Below, piece after piece: positions 37,279 through 48,092 of a stretch of 64,000 nucleotides of DNA. Each line of letters begins with the position of its first letter. The stretch's first letter is position 1. The notes under the pieces are model-generated. The model was not told the origin of the DNA. It saw only the letters and a list, made by a program, of their open reading frames with translations, and ran no database searches. This DNA comes from Shigella phage vB_SflM_004. A program made the position numbers and the translations under genes. The stretch is from sequence record MK295205, one strand, 5' to 3'.

Positions 37279-37774
37279 TCATACACGGCTCCTGATTTGT
37301 GAACTCTCTGTGAAGTTCTTCTCTTTTCTTTCTAATTGCTTCTTTGGCATCATCAACGTTATCAAACAGACCAAGGAAATGTGTTACACCGTGAACCATA
37401 ATCCTTGCTCTCCACTTCTGTGAAGCTTTGTTGAATGATACACCTTTTACACCAGATGTATTGTTGGAGTGTATTTTTCTATTCCAACAATTTTCAGCTT
37501 GAGTGCAAACTCTCAAGTTCATTCTTCGGTTGTCATCAGTAATTCCGTTACGATGGTCTACACGGTCTGGTAAGAACCCCTCTGTGTAAAGAATGGCTAA
37601 ATCATGAGCCATGTATGATTTTCTCTTTATGGTAATCCTGATATAACCCCTTTTATGGGGTGTTCCAGCAACTGAACCAATGACTGTCCTATTAGCCGAT
37701 TTCTTCAACCAAGTAAAGACCCCTGTTTCGGGGTCATAATGAAGATACTCTTTAAGTGTCTGCTGAGTCAACAT
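37268..37774 (-). CDS. HNH homing endonuclease (HNH + AP2-like domain)
   Basis: 168 aa; YDPETGVFTW, VDHRNGITDDNRRMNL HNH core, GVKGVSF...ARI AP2-like. Confidence 0.75.
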   Translation of the reverse strand: MLTQQTLKEYLHYDPETGVFTWLKKSANRTVIGSVAGTPHKRGYIRITIKRKSYMAHDLAILYTEGFLPDRVDHRNGITDDNRRMNLRVCTQAENCWNRKIHSNNTSGVKGVSFNKASQKWRARIMVHGVTHFLGLFDNVDDAKEAIRKKREELHREFTNQEPCMNED

Positions 37775-38798
37775 TTGGAGTCCAATTATATTTCTTAAAA
37801 GAGAAATTATCTTTTGGATTTCTCTCTTGATATGCTATCCAGAAATGCTGTTCCATTAGTTCTAATGGTGTCTTTGTGACAGTCTGTCCATCCCATGACA
37901 CATAGGTGTAAGACTCTTTTTTAGCATAGAGTTCATAGATAGCGTCAAGACACTCTTTATAGGTCTCTTTACCATCTAAAGCATTCATCACAGCTACTTT
38001 GCCAGCACCTTTAAGGCCGAAGTAGTTGTCTGCATTATCTCCAGCAACAGCCTGATAACACAAAAATTTAAAACCTACACCAACAGTTTTTGCAGCTTTT
38101 GGTTTTGATTTGATAGGACAATCCCAGATATCACCAACATTATTATCAGCAATAAAAATTAGTGGTGACTTTTCATAAGTCATATCAATACAATAAGTCC
38201 CTTCAGCTTGTCGAAGGTCTTTGTCAATACTCATAAGAGCAGCCTTCTTACCCATCTTTTCAGCTTTAGCAATTACGATGGAATCGGCTTCGAAGCCTCC
38301 CTTTAAGAGCTTGAACTCTGGTCTTGATAGAAGATATTCACGACAAGCAACTAAGTGTGTTGGTGTGACAGCCTCTTTACGGTTACCTTGATATTGGTGC
38401 TCAAGACCTTTAATGTCTTTATGTTTATGTACACCCTTCTCTGTTAAATAACCTACCCAAGTTCTTTCTTTACCAACAACCTTAAGCCATTCCTGAAGAA
38501 CCTGCTGAGTAGCCATGATAGCTTCTTTTTCACTCTTAGCTTCTTTCCAAGTCTGTCTTTCCCATTCATCTTCATCAAATGTCAGGCCAAGTTCTTCCAC
38601 AAGGATTCTCTGGTCTGCTAACCATCTTGCAGCATCTTTTGCATTATCAAATGGTTCAGATTCTTCTGCTGTGAGTTTATTGACATATTTATATTTTGCT
38701 TTCTCAACTACACAAGCACCTTTATAGGCAATACTGTCAGAGTCAATAAAGACATGTGTAACTGAATCGGGAAGTTTTTTTAATGTGTACTTCTCCAT
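37752..38798 (-). CDS. 5-prime-3-prime exonuclease / flap endonuclease (FEN, RNase H family)
   Basis: 348 aa; FEADSIVIA and MSIDKDLRQ match FEN acidic-cluster motifs; GGAGAG RBS. Confidence 0.6.
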   Translation of the reverse strand: MEKYTLKKLPDSVTHVFIDSDSIAYKGACVVEKAKYKYVNKLTAEESEPFDNAKDAARWLADQRILVEELGLTFDEDEWERQTWKEAKSEKEAIMATQQVLQEWLKVVGKERTWVGYLTEKGVHKHKDIKGLEHQYQGNRKEAVTPTHLVACREYLLSRPEFKLLKGGFEADSIVIAKAEKMGKKAALMSIDKDLRQAEGTYCIDMTYEKSPLIFIADNNVGDIWDCPIKSKPKAAKTVGVGFKFLCYQAVAGDNADNYFGLKGAGKVAVMNALDGKETYKECLDAIYELYAKKESYTYVSWDGQTVTKTPLELMEQHFWIAYQERNPKDNFSFKKYNWTPNVDSADT

Positions 38799-38860
38799 TG
38801 TGACTCTCCATATGAAAAAGCCCCATACTAAGTACAGGGCTTTAAAGTAACTTTTAGATA

Positions 38861-39718
38861 TTAGTCTTCTGTATCGAAGTCTTCATCTTCTTCGTCATCT
38901 GGGTCTGGCAAGTCTTCATCGTCACCATCATCAGAATTATTCGAAGGTTTGTGGTCTGTTGCGTCTTCTTCAGTGATTTCACCGTTATCTTCAACGCCGT
39001 CAAGACCAAGCATAGCCAGTTCGTCTTCATCCAGTTCAGGTTCACCGTTAGCACCATTACCGTCAGTGTAAGGCACAAGAGTATCAATGATAAACTGTTC
39101 CTGAATAGGTTTTGTCAGGACATTGTTCTCAAAAGTGTAGAAGTGAGTAGAAAGAATCACACTACCAAAAGAACCGTTACCAACTGCAATATCTGGATGA
39201 ATTACATCATAGTTTTTGTCATCTTCATGTTTGTCAGATGCTTGAGCTTTGATTTTCTTCATCGGTTGTTTAACAGCTACACGCTTACCATTTACTTCTT
39301 CAATCAGCATTACAGGGAATGACTGTTTAGCTGTCCACACAGCACCATCTTTATAAGCTGCTGCACGACTTACTTTCAAGATGTAGTAAGTGTCTGCTTC
39401 AAATGGTGGTTTGCAACCAAACTTCTCTTCGAAGTCATCTGCATCAACTGCTTCAGTAGTAACTTTATCCCAACCTTCTGGGTTTTTCTTAGACTTAGTA
39501 AACTCTTTAAACAGCTTGTTACCATCTTCTGCCAGAATTGAAACACTGTAGTTACAGTCTTTGCCTGGGAATTTCTTATCAATGGATTTACCTTTTCCCG
39601 GACGTGGTGAAGTGTTCAGGTAATAAAACCAGACATCTTTCAGAAGGTAACGCAGAGTTTGACGTTCAGTACCGTTGTACTTCTCTACCGGAGCTTTCAT
39701 TTTAACAACTTTAGACAT
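38861..39718 (-). CDS. putative ssDNA-binding protein with acidic C-terminal tail
   Basis: 285 aa; long Asp/Glu-rich C-terminus (DDGDDEDLPDPDDEEDEDFDTED) typical of phage SSBs; sits between FEN and primase-helicase; no alignment done. Confidence 0.4.
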   Translation of the reverse strand: MSKVVKMKAPVEKYNGTERQTLRYLLKDVWFYYLNTSPRPGKGKSIDKKFPGKDCNYSVSILAEDGNKLFKEFTKSKKNPEGWDKVTTEAVDADDFEEKFGCKPPFEADTYYILKVSRAAAYKDGAVWTAKQSFPVMLIEEVNGKRVAVKQPMKKIKAQASDKHEDDKNYDVIHPDIAVGNGSFGSVILSTHFYTFENNVLTKPIQEQFIIDTLVPYTDGNGANGEPELDEDELAMLGLDGVEDNGEITEEDATDHKPSNNSDDGDDEDLPDPDDEEDEDFDTED

Positions 39719-39936
39719 TATTTAAACCTCTATCTCAATTTATGAAGAGTACCAATTCTAATTTGTTGATACTCTATTGTCAAACATTAATTACTGGAAG
39801 TTGTGCTTATCTTTAGAAGCTGCTTTACGTGCAGTTTTTCCAGTTCTTACACGCTTCTCTTCATAGTATTTTGCTGGTTTACCAGCAGTGGCTTTTAAGG
39901 AATCCCCAAAAACTTGTTCAAATGCTTTAGAGTGTT

Positions 39937-40230
39937 TCATGATATTCTCCGATATACTTGATATTCAAACACATTTTCTTTAATTATAAACAGCCAACCA
40001 ATATTATGTTTAGGTATAGTAATGGTGACTGTGATTATGCTGTGATGGAACTTTTCCTCTACCTCAACGCCTCCATCACATTTCATGTAGAGCATTCTAT
40101 AGAACCTATCAACCTTTGTCAAACACTCTTCCTGAAATTCATTTAAACTTTTTTCTTCAAAGAAGGGTATGAAACCCTCTCTTTTGTAACTATCACTCAG
40201 TTTCAAACGGGCAGTCATCTGCATCCTCAC
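39937..40230 (-). CDS. hypothetical protein
   Basis: 97-aa ORF. Confidence 0.35.
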   Translation of the reverse strand: MRMQMTARLKLSDSYKREGFIPFFEEKSLNEFQEECLTKVDRFYRMLYMKCDGGVEVEEKFHHSIITVTITIPKHNIGWLFIIKENVFEYQVYRRIS

Positions 40231-42178
40231 TTAATACAGGTGGAATCGTTGAGCTTTGACGCTGTTCTTCAGTATAGACTTCACCAGTCTCACGGTCAAA
40301 CACTTCATCCTCATAATGAGGTAAAGAGTCGTCATAATGGTCTTCAGCTTCACCAATACCAAACTGTTGACGAATATTTTCTGCTGCACCATCAATGTCA
40401 ACACCACATCCAGAAGCTTTGATAAGACGTCCTGTGTCTGGATTGTACCAAGTATGACCAGCAATACCTGTTGACTTACCATGACGACGACACTTAGTTA
40501 ACTTGATTTTTGTCAAGTTTTTCTTAACAGGGTCTGGGTCAACCTTATTACGCATTAACAGAATGTTGTTCATGGAAATCTGGAAATACGCACCAGAACC
40601 CTTAATATCTTCTTCAGAGATATCTCCACCTTCAGAGTTAGCTTTCTGACCACCTGCACTCTTACGAACGTGACAGACGTTTACCTGTGCATACTGGTAG
40701 CGTTTGCAACGACGCAATAGTTCAGACAAGACTTCCTCTTCATCCGTATCAGAACGTGACAGAGCCAATGTAATAGGGTCAAGAATAATAATCTTACAGT
40801 CTAAACTGTTAACAAGATAGTCAACAAACTCCAGCAGGTTATCTTGGTCAATCGCCCCTTGATGGTCAACGATATGGATGCGACGACCTTTTGAAAGCTC
40901 GGCGTGTGCTCCCTTTAATTCATCCCAATCTCGTTCATCATAAGGAATCTCAGAAATCTGCTTGCTCAGGTGGATTGCACAGAGCATCTCCATCAACTCT
41001 TCATAGGTATCTTCTACAGGAATTACACCGATATTATAATCAGTTTCTTTCCAAGCTGAATAAATCATCTCACGAGTGTAAGCTGACTTACCTACTGAAG
41101 ATGGTGCTGCAATAGTCGTAATCTCACCTAAACCGTAACCACCGTAAGTTAGCCTGTTCAAGTCTCCGAAAGATTCTGGAAAAGGAATCAATGGAATCTG
41201 ACCACGATTCTTCATTGCCTCGAAACCATCTGCAAAGTTCTTGATACCAGCAGGGCAATAACGAGGTGCGTTGTAGATACGCTGCTTAAATCCTTCCAGA
41301 ACTGTATCTTTCTCTTTATAGAACTTTGTCCACCATTCATTAAGGTCTTTTACACCTTCTGGATACTGGAATAAACGAACCTTCTCAATAGGTAGGATGC
41401 CAGCAGCCTCTTTTGTTGCTTTAGCACCTGCTTCATCGTTATCAAAGCACAAGTAAATCTCATCAAATGATGTAATGTACTGATAGTTGTCTTTGATAGA
41501 CTTAATGTTTGCACCTGATGGAACAGATACGTGACAGTAGTTCTTACGACGAGACTTGTCTTTAATTGCCAGAGAAGTCATGTAGATTGCTGTAGCACAC
41601 TCCATCTCACCTTCCCAGATGAATAGACGGTTGCCACCTTCTGGAGCAATCCATGAACCGAACATTGCCAGTTCACCTTTAATGTCTCCAACACCACCTG
41701 AAAAGTCTTTTAACTTACCACGTAGGTGTTCTTTTGGATGGTCTTCTGGGTAACGGTGACGAACACGGTAGCCAACATGTTCTAGCTTGCCATCTTCATT
41801 ACGCTTGTAAGTCGGATAGAAATGTGCATCAATTTCACCATCACTGTCAATGTCAACCTTGATACCTAAGCGTTCAAGAACTTTTGCAGGAATCTTCCTG
41901 TCTTTCAAGTCCATTGCTTCAAGGTTTTCTTTTACATCGTCTAAATCCATTCCACGGAAAGTACGGTTTTTATTATCTGAACCAGTAGAATAAGTGCTCA
42001 CAATCTGTCCTTTATCAAAATCCCACTCTGGGAAACCTTTATTACAACTAAAGCAAGTCATCGAATAAGAATCATCGTCGTGATGGTAGATTGAACCAGC
42101 ATCTGATGAACCACAACGTGGACATGCACAATGACCAACAAACTGACCAGCCTCTTTCAATTTACGACCTTTAGACAT
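40193..42178 (-). CDS. bifunctional DNA primase-helicase (T7 gp4-like: zinc ribbon, TOPRIM, DnaB-type helicase)
   Basis: ORF begins on GTG; ATG at 42178; CPRCGSSD...CFSC zinc ribbon, TOPRIM FIWEGEMECATAI, Walker A APSSVGKSA. Confidence 0.85.
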   Translation of the reverse strand: MSKGRKLKEAGQFVGHCACPRCGSSDAGSIYHHDDDSYSMTCFSCNKGFPEWDFDKGQIVSTYSTGSDNKNRTFRGMDLDDVKENLEAMDLKDRKIPAKVLERLGIKVDIDSDGEIDAHFYPTYKRNEDGKLEHVGYRVRHRYPEDHPKEHLRGKLKDFSGGVGDIKGELAMFGSWIAPEGGNRLFIWEGEMECATAIYMTSLAIKDKSRRKNYCHVSVPSGANIKSIKDNYQYITSFDEIYLCFDNDEAGAKATKEAAGILPIEKVRLFQYPEGVKDLNEWWTKFYKEKDTVLEGFKQRIYNAPRYCPAGIKNFADGFEAMKNRGQIPLIPFPESFGDLNRLTYGGYGLGEITTIAAPSSVGKSAYTREMIYSAWKETDYNIGVIPVEDTYEELMEMLCAIHLSKQISEIPYDERDWDELKGAHAELSKGRRIHIVDHQGAIDQDNLLEFVDYLVNSLDCKIIILDPITLALSRSDTDEEEVLSELLRRCKRYQYAQVNVCHVRKSAGGQKANSEGGDISEEDIKGSGAYFQISMNNILLMRNKVDPDPVKKNLTKIKLTKCRRHGKSTGIAGHTWYNPDTGRLIKASGCGVDIDGAAENIRQQFGIGEAEDHYDDSLPHYEDEVFDRETGEVYTEEQRQSSTIPPVLSEDADDCPFETE

Positions 42179-42371
42179 TAGCACCTCTTCGTTGTAGTTC
42201 TGCCTTCAATCCATTTTCAATCTTGTCAAGTTCATGGACTTCATCTGCAATCTCTTTCCTTCGTGATTCAACTCTCTTAAGACGTTCAATCATTACCTCA
42301 TTGGAAAGAGATGAGAGTTCCACTAAACGATGGTCAATAACTTTGAAATTATCTTTTACTCTCATCTTCAT
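42171..42371 (-). CDS. hypothetical coiled-coil protein
   Basis: 66-aa ORF. Confidence 0.4.
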   Translation of the reverse strand: MKMRVKDNFKVIDHRLVELSSLSNEVMIERLKRVESRRKEIADEVHELDKIENGLKAELQRRGANV

Positions 42372-42379
42372 TCTCTCTT

Positions 42380-43123
42380 TTAAATTTTAAGGATAGCTCT
42401 TAGCTTGCTTTCAAGGTCTGCAAGAGTACCATTATTATGAATAATGTCACGCGCATATTTGGTAGAAATCCCATTTTCTGAAACATGTGACGAAACCTTA
42501 TCCACATTGTCTCTTTTTACTTCAATAATTTGGTGTGCAAATCTGCTCAGCCACTCAGCTTCAGAGTCAAACCTTAAGTCACTGATTAAAACAACACCAT
42601 CTTGATTCTTAAGTGAGCAAACGTCAAAGAAATTTGCCATTCGTTTTTCGAGGTCTTTAGCCCAGAATTTGTCACCCATAACTTTACGGATAACTTCAGT
42701 GCCCCAAATCTGTTGAATCTGTCTTGATGAGAATTTATACTTTTTACTAAATCCCAGACGTGTTAATAGAGTCGGTTTAGCAACCTTCTTTAGTTCCATA
42801 ATTAGTCGTCCGGTCAACTCTGACATGAGTTTGAAGTCATTATGGTAACTTTCACCTCTGAAGGTAAACTCCATAGCTTCTTTGACTTTGAACATCAGTT
42901 CATGGTATGATAAATCAAAAACCTGTGGAGTCTCTTTAGTTTCACCGTACAGGTCATTCCATGTCAAGTCAAATATCTTTGACGCAGATAGCTTAAGATT
43001 GTCTGCATAGGCCATTACTGCAACATTGTATCCGTACTCATCCTCTAAGATGTTCTTCACAATAGAACATGAGGTATCTTTTCCAGAACGTGCCTTTCCA
43101 GTAAATGCGATAATATTACTCAT
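42380..43123 (-). CDS. deoxynucleoside monophosphate kinase
   Basis: N-terminal P-loop IIAFTGKARSGKDT resembles T4 gp1 dNMP kinase (FLSGVKRSGKDT). Confidence 0.65.
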   Translation of the reverse strand: MSNIIAFTGKARSGKDTSCSIVKNILEDEYGYNVAVMAYADNLKLSASKIFDLTWNDLYGETKETPQVFDLSYHELMFKVKEAMEFTFRGESYHNDFKLMSELTGRLIMELKKVAKPTLLTRLGFSKKYKFSSRQIQQIWGTEVIRKVMGDKFWAKDLEKRMANFFDVCSLKNQDGVVLISDLRFDSEAEWLSRFAHQIIEVKRDNVDKVSSHVSENGISTKYARDIIHNNGTLADLESKLRAILKI

Positions 43124-43184
43124 TCTATCTCCCTTAATTACTAAAAAGCCCCCAACTAAGGAGGCTTGTAAGGTTTATAAAGAC

Positions 43185-43997
43185 TTAGTGCAGTTGGTCA
43201 GTATTAATCTGTGAATACTCTTTTTCAGCCATAGCCGAGATTTGCTTCACAAAATCATCGCCAAAGTTAATGCGAAGCTTCTCTTCAATGATTGAAGCAC
43301 CAATGTTCACCAAAACATCGTTGATTGCTTGCATACTTACACCACCAGTCATGCTCTCAATGAACTCAATGCTTGTACCCATCATCTGTGAAAGCTGGAT
43401 TAGTGCAACGATATTCATCATCGTAGAGATGGCTGGAACCATCAATGCAACTTTCACCTGAAGTGGCTCTATGTCAGCTACAGAATCATTTTTTACAGCT
43501 TCTTCCAAAGAATCTTTGGTTTGCTGGATAATCTCTTTGATTCGTGGGTTTAATTCCTCTACACCCCAATCAAGCTTTTCATATCGTGACAGCTTCTCTT
43601 CCATTCGTTTCTCAAGAGCAGCCATAACAGCACTCGTTGACGAAATTAATAGGTCAATTAGCTCATTATAATCTAAGAGCAGCAGTGAGTCTTTTTCTTC
43701 AGAGGTCATGGCAATATAGTCATTTTTCTGCATCTCATAAAAAATGAACTCTGCAAGGGCATCAACACCTACAACAATAGATGCTAAAGCAAGTGTTTTG
43801 TCACACAGCATCATGTTAACCTGTTCTGCAAAAGCACCGTTATCAGACTTGTCTTTAGGCATGTTATAGCTTGCAGGCATAAACTGTTCTGTGTAGTTAT
43901 TTCCACGAAGAATCATAGCCATGCTTTCTACGGCATTGATTAAGAATGCTTCGTCAATACCTTTTTCTTCAAGCATTTGTTCTACATTGATATTCAT
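43185..43997 (-). CDS. hypothetical protein
   Basis: 270-aa ORF. Confidence 0.45.
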   Translation of the reverse strand: MNINVEQMLEEKGIDEAFLINAVESMAMILRGNNYTEQFMPASYNMPKDKSDNGAFAEQVNMMLCDKTLALASIVVGVDALAEFIFYEMQKNDYIAMTSEEKDSLLLLDYNELIDLLISSTSAVMAALEKRMEEKLSRYEKLDWGVEELNPRIKEIIQQTKDSLEEAVKNDSVADIEPLQVKVALMVPAISTMMNIVALIQLSQMMGTSIEFIESMTGGVSMQAINDVLVNIGASIIEEKLRINFGDDFVKQISAMAEKEYSQINTDQLH

Positions 43998-43998
43998 A

Positions 43999-44421
43999 TT
44001 ATTTCTCTCTCAGTTGGTTAAGTTTCTTTCTAGAACATTTTAAGTTTTCGGATGAAGAAAAGTCAAGTGTCTTTTCAGAACGTGGATAGTAATGTCTATC
44101 CCAAGAAGTTTCAACATCATTAATCAGTGACGCTAGATTACACAGGTCTGTACCACTTTGCAACCTCTTTTTAAGAGAATCTAGTAAAGCAACTGTGTCT
44201 TTAGCTTTACGTCTCGCTGTAGCAACATCTTTCATATGCTCAAATACAGAGCATTTTAAGTCATCTTCATAGTTTTCAGACAACTCTATTTCATGTTGTA
44301 TATCAACCATTCTCCTGTGATGGTGAGCATATTCCCGTTGAGCAGCAATGTCAAGTTCTTCCAACTTCTGCAAAGCTCTAACAAAGTCAGCTATGTCTGG
44401 GTGAACAAACATTTTCTGCAT
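43999..44421 (-). CDS. hypothetical protein
   Basis: 140-aa ORF. Confidence 0.45.
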   Translation of the reverse strand: MQKMFVHPDIADFVRALQKLEELDIAAQREYAHHHRRMVDIQHEIELSENYEDDLKCSVFEHMKDVATARRKAKDTVALLDSLKKRLQSGTDLCNLASLINDVETSWDRHYYPRSEKTLDFSSSENLKCSRKKLNQLREK

Positions 44422-44678
44422 GTAAGCCTCTTTTAAGTAACTATTAAGTTTTAATCTTTTATCTTAACGTATTCTATACGTTATACTTTAAAGCTTTTTA
44501 AAAGCTATTAAATAATCTTTTAAGAGTTTTAAAGTATCTGTATAGTTAAACTGTTAAGTAACCTTTTAAGTAAAAACCCACTTCGCAAAGATTAACACCT
44601 TGTCAAGTACATTGTCAACTTGCTTTTTATAATTTTTTGCAGTAATGTATGAGGTTAATGATTTTAGAGGGAGTAAAA

Positions 44679-47378
44679 ATGGAAAACGTAGATTTTAAAA
44701 ACTTACATTTAGTTGGTGATACAGAAACTGATGGTTTACTCCTTGAGTTCACTAAAGTGCACGTAATGGCTTTCGCAGACTATAAATCTGACGATGAAGA
44801 GCCACCTGTATGGGTCTTTACAGATGAGCCTATCCTCGGTCACAAATACACTAAGTACATCAAAGGTGGTTTACGTGAAGGTATTGAGTTTGCGTTAAAG
44901 GCAAAACGACTTTGCATCCACAATGGTCTAGGGTATGACTGGTGGGTTTTCAATCACATTGCACCTGATTTGTGGAACTTTGATAATCCAAAGTGTAAGC
45001 CGTGGAGTAACTTCTTTCAGGATTCTCTTATCCAGTCTCGTGTTCAGTGGATGGATAGACCAACTCCAAAAGGTTATAAAGGTGCTCATGGCTTGGCAGC
45101 ATGGGGTGCTCGTGTTGGTGTCCGTAAACCAGAGATTGAGCATTGGGGTGTGTGGAATGCAGAAATCTTCACTCGTGTTGTAGAAGATATCCGTATTAAC
45201 GCCAAAACTAAACGTGCACTGGATAATGAATATCTGAAGCTAAAGAAGTGTGGTATAGACACTTATGAAACCTATATGCGAGCTAAAGAAACATCTTTCT
45301 GGATGAGTCAACAAGCTATCAATGGTTGGAAAGCTGATAAAGAGCTTATGGAGTTCCATGTAAAGGAACTTGACAAGTTGACCAATGAGCTTGCTTCAGA
45401 AGTTGAACCACATCTTCCTCCAACTATTAAGACTAAAGGTAAAGTTACTGGAGAAGAGTTTGCAAAAGCTTGGAATGAGTATGTTGAAACATTCGGTCAT
45501 GCAGATGGACTGAAGAGAATTACCAAGTACCCTAAGACGAAGTACCGTCAGCAGGTACGTAACGGTGAGATGCAGACATATGAAATCAAGCCATTTGGTA
45601 AACCAACTACAAAGATTTTTAACATTGAAAAGAGAAATTGCTATACACCAACCAACTCTGTAACTGGTGAAGAGTACAAGGAAGGTTTTGTAGCAATGAA
45701 GGATGCTCGTGCAATTTGCAATGAGTTGAATGCAAAGATTGGTAAGAAATGCAAAGACTGGAAGCCAGTAAAAACAGTTAAAACTGTGAAGTACTATAAT
45801 AGTCATGTTGTTAATCACTTTGAACTGGAGTCAAGTCGCTACACAGGATTGATTGATGCACCATATACACCAATTGAGTTTGAAGTTTCTCGTATGACTC
45901 AGGTAGCAGTTGTTAAAGACTACTTAAAATCAGTTGGTTGGATTCCAGATGACTGGAACTACAAGAAAGACTCAGATGGTCGCCCTGTAAAAGTTTGCCG
46001 TTTCAAAGACAACAAAAAGATGATTACAAAACATCCTAAGTGGCAGGAGATGGTTGAACGGTGTGGCTTGAGTTATGTTGAACATGAAGGTGTCCAGTAC
46101 ATTGAACATAACTGGTCTGTGAAGAAGTACACAGATTTGCTTGAGCCTTGCTTAATCCGTACTTCACCAAAACTTACTGAATCATCTTATGATACGATTG
46201 AAGGTGAGCTTGGACAGAAGATTGCTAAATACTATACTTTGATGCACCGACGCAGAACTATTGAGAACTCAAAGGATGATGAGAAAGGTTGGCTAAACCA
46301 GATTCGTCCAGATGGTCGCCTTAGTGCTGGTGCAATGGTGTTTGGTACTTCAACTGGACGTATGACACAATACGGTATTGTAAACGTACCGTCTGGTGCT
46401 GCTGTCTATGGGGAACCAATGAGGGCAGTGTGGATTTGTGAAGAAGGTACTAACGTTGTCTCTGTAGACATGAACTCAGCCCAGCTAGTTCTCCTTTGTA
46501 ACTTTATGGGTGACAAAGACTTCACCAAAGCGGTAACGCAAGGTAAAGAAGAGATTGAGTTTATTCGTCAAGAAGATGGACGCTATTACTGCAAACACTT
46601 TGATGAGTACCTCAATCCAGATATTGATAAGTACCTTCGCTATGACTCTGAGAATGACCTGTACGTTGTCTATTCAGGGACTGATGCACACACACTGAAC
46701 AGTATTTACTTTAGCTTGAATGATGAGCAGGATATCTTGACTTGTCGAGCTACTCAGGATGAGAACCTTCTCCATGAGATTAGCAAGGGTCGTAAGAAAG
46801 CTAAGAATGGTATCTATGCACTGCTGTTCGGTGCAGGTGATGAGAAGTTTGCTAAGACAATTAAAGCTGCAACTACTCAGGAAGGTGCACTGACTAAACA
46901 GACTTACTTTATTCGTTTGCCTAAAATTAAGAAGCTGCTGGATGACTTGGAAGCTGACTACAAAGCAACTAAAAAGGCACTTGAAGAGGTATTTGGTAAG
47001 ACTGCTGCAATATCTAAAGGGGGTTTTGTAAAGGTTGCTGGAGCTTGGTTGTGGTGTAAATCTCCACATAAGTTGTTGAATTATTTGCTCATGGGTTCAG
47101 AGGCTCAGATTCAAAATGAGGCAATTAACCTTGCTTGTAGAAGAGCATGTGAAGAAGGGTTGACAAAATTAAATGGACGAAAACCAGCAATTGGTGCTAG
47201 GCTTTTGCTGGCATACCACGATGAAAACAGTTGGGAATGCCCAGAAAGTATGACTCAAGAAGTTAAAGCCATAACTGACTGGATGTATGGTCAGGCATCT
47301 AAGAATTTAGGTTTGAAGAGTGAGACGCTTGTAACTGGCACAGGTAAGGTTGGTAAGAGCTGGTTGGAAGTACATTGA
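44679..47378 (+). CDS. DNA polymerase, family A, with 3-prime-5-prime exonuclease domain
   Basis: ORF 44649-47378; best start ATG 44679 after GAGGGAG RBS; Exo I motif VGDTETDG; motif C YHDE; canonical PolA C-terminus ...GKSWLEVH. Confidence 0.9.
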   Translation: MENVDFKNLHLVGDTETDGLLLEFTKVHVMAFADYKSDDEEPPVWVFTDEPILGHKYTKYIKGGLREGIEFALKAKRLCIHNGLGYDWWVFNHIAPDLWNFDNPKCKPWSNFFQDSLIQSRVQWMDRPTPKGYKGAHGLAAWGARVGVRKPEIEHWGVWNAEIFTRVVEDIRINAKTKRALDNEYLKLKKCGIDTYETYMRAKETSFWMSQQAINGWKADKELMEFHVKELDKLTNELASEVEPHLPPTIKTKGKVTGEEFAKAWNEYVETFGHADGLKRITKYPKTKYRQQVRNGEMQTYEIKPFGKPTTKIFNIEKRNCYTPTNSVTGEEYKEGFVAMKDARAICNELNAKIGKKCKDWKPVKTVKTVKYYNSHVVNHFELESSRYTGLIDAPYTPIEFEVSRMTQVAVVKDYLKSVGWIPDDWNYKKDSDGRPVKVCRFKDNKKMITKHPKWQEMVERCGLSYVEHEGVQYIEHNWSVKKYTDLLEPCLIRTSPKLTESSYDTIEGELGQKIAKYYTLMHRRRTIENSKDDEKGWLNQIRPDGRLSAGAMVFGTSTGRMTQYGIVNVPSGAAVYGEPMRAVWICEEGTNVVSVDMNSAQLVLLCNFMGDKDFTKAVTQGKEEIEFIRQEDGRYYCKHFDEYLNPDIDKYLRYDSENDLYVVYSGTDAHTLNSIYFSLNDEQDILTCRATQDENLLHEISKGRKKAKNGIYALLFGAGDEKFAKTIKAATTQEGALTKQTYFIRLPKIKKLLDDLEADYKATKKALEEVFGKTAAISKGGFVKVAGAWLWCKSPHKLLNYLLMGSEAQIQNEAINLACRRACEEGLTKLNGRKPAIGARLLLAYHDENSWECPESMTQEVKAITDWMYGQASKNLGLKSETLVTGTGKVGKSWLEVH

Positions 47379-47634
47379 TGGTGTTGAAATGATGCTCATG
47401 GAAGAGTACCTTATACTATATATTGTATAGGAGACTTGTATGACTATTTCAGAAATTGAAGTTCAACTGCAATGTGCTGGATATTCTCAAAGTGAGATTG
47501 AGGCTATGTGCATCATCATTTGCAGTAGCCATAAGCACCTCAAGCTTTCCAGAAATTCGTCTTAAGGTTGATATTTTTATTGCTGGAGGTAAGATTATCA
47601 AGGATAAGACAGGCTACCTTAAAGGTGAACGTCT

Positions 47635-47844
47635 ATGAGCCATCGTGGAAGAACTCATCTTGCCATGATGCAAGGTGCTTCAAAAGAGACTATCAAGAAT
47701 CGGAAGAAAACTCTTTTTGACAGAATGAATAGACTCATTGATAATGCAAGCCTACCTAACTCTGAAAAGGTTTTCTTGAAAGGGAATCTGAAGAGTATTG
47801 CACAGGAACTTATTGACATTGAATTTTGGAGACACCAAAAATGA
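47635..47844 (+). CDS. hypothetical small protein (cassette ORF1)
   Basis: 69 aa (MSHRGRTHLAMMQGASKETIKNRKK...). Confidence 0.4.
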   Translation: MSHRGRTHLAMMQGASKETIKNRKKTLFDRMNRLIDNASLPNSEKVFLKGNLKSIAQELIDIEFWRHQK

Positions 47845-48092
47845 CATACGCAGACGTTATTCAGCAACTTCACGACAACTGCTATACCCCAGAGTTGATT
47901 CAGGAGATGTGTATTGTAGTGATGCCTAGCAAGTTCGTAAAAGCCTTTAGAAATGAAAATTTCACATCTGATGAGTTCTTTGAAATAAAAGACGGAAAGG
48001 TTGTATGTGAAATGGGTTACCCAATGGCTGCATGGTACAAGGGGGAACCTTGGCAGAAAACTGGATGGAGTATCTTTAATGAAACTTTATAG
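47826..48092 (+). CDS. hypothetical small protein (cassette ORF2)
   Basis: 88 aa (MTYADVIQQL...[11 protein letters not shown]...). Confidence 0.4.
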   Translation: METPKMTYADVIQQLHDNCYTPELIQEMCIVVMPSKFVKAFRNENFTSDEFFEIKDGKVVCEMGYPMAAWYKGEPWQKTGWSIFNETL

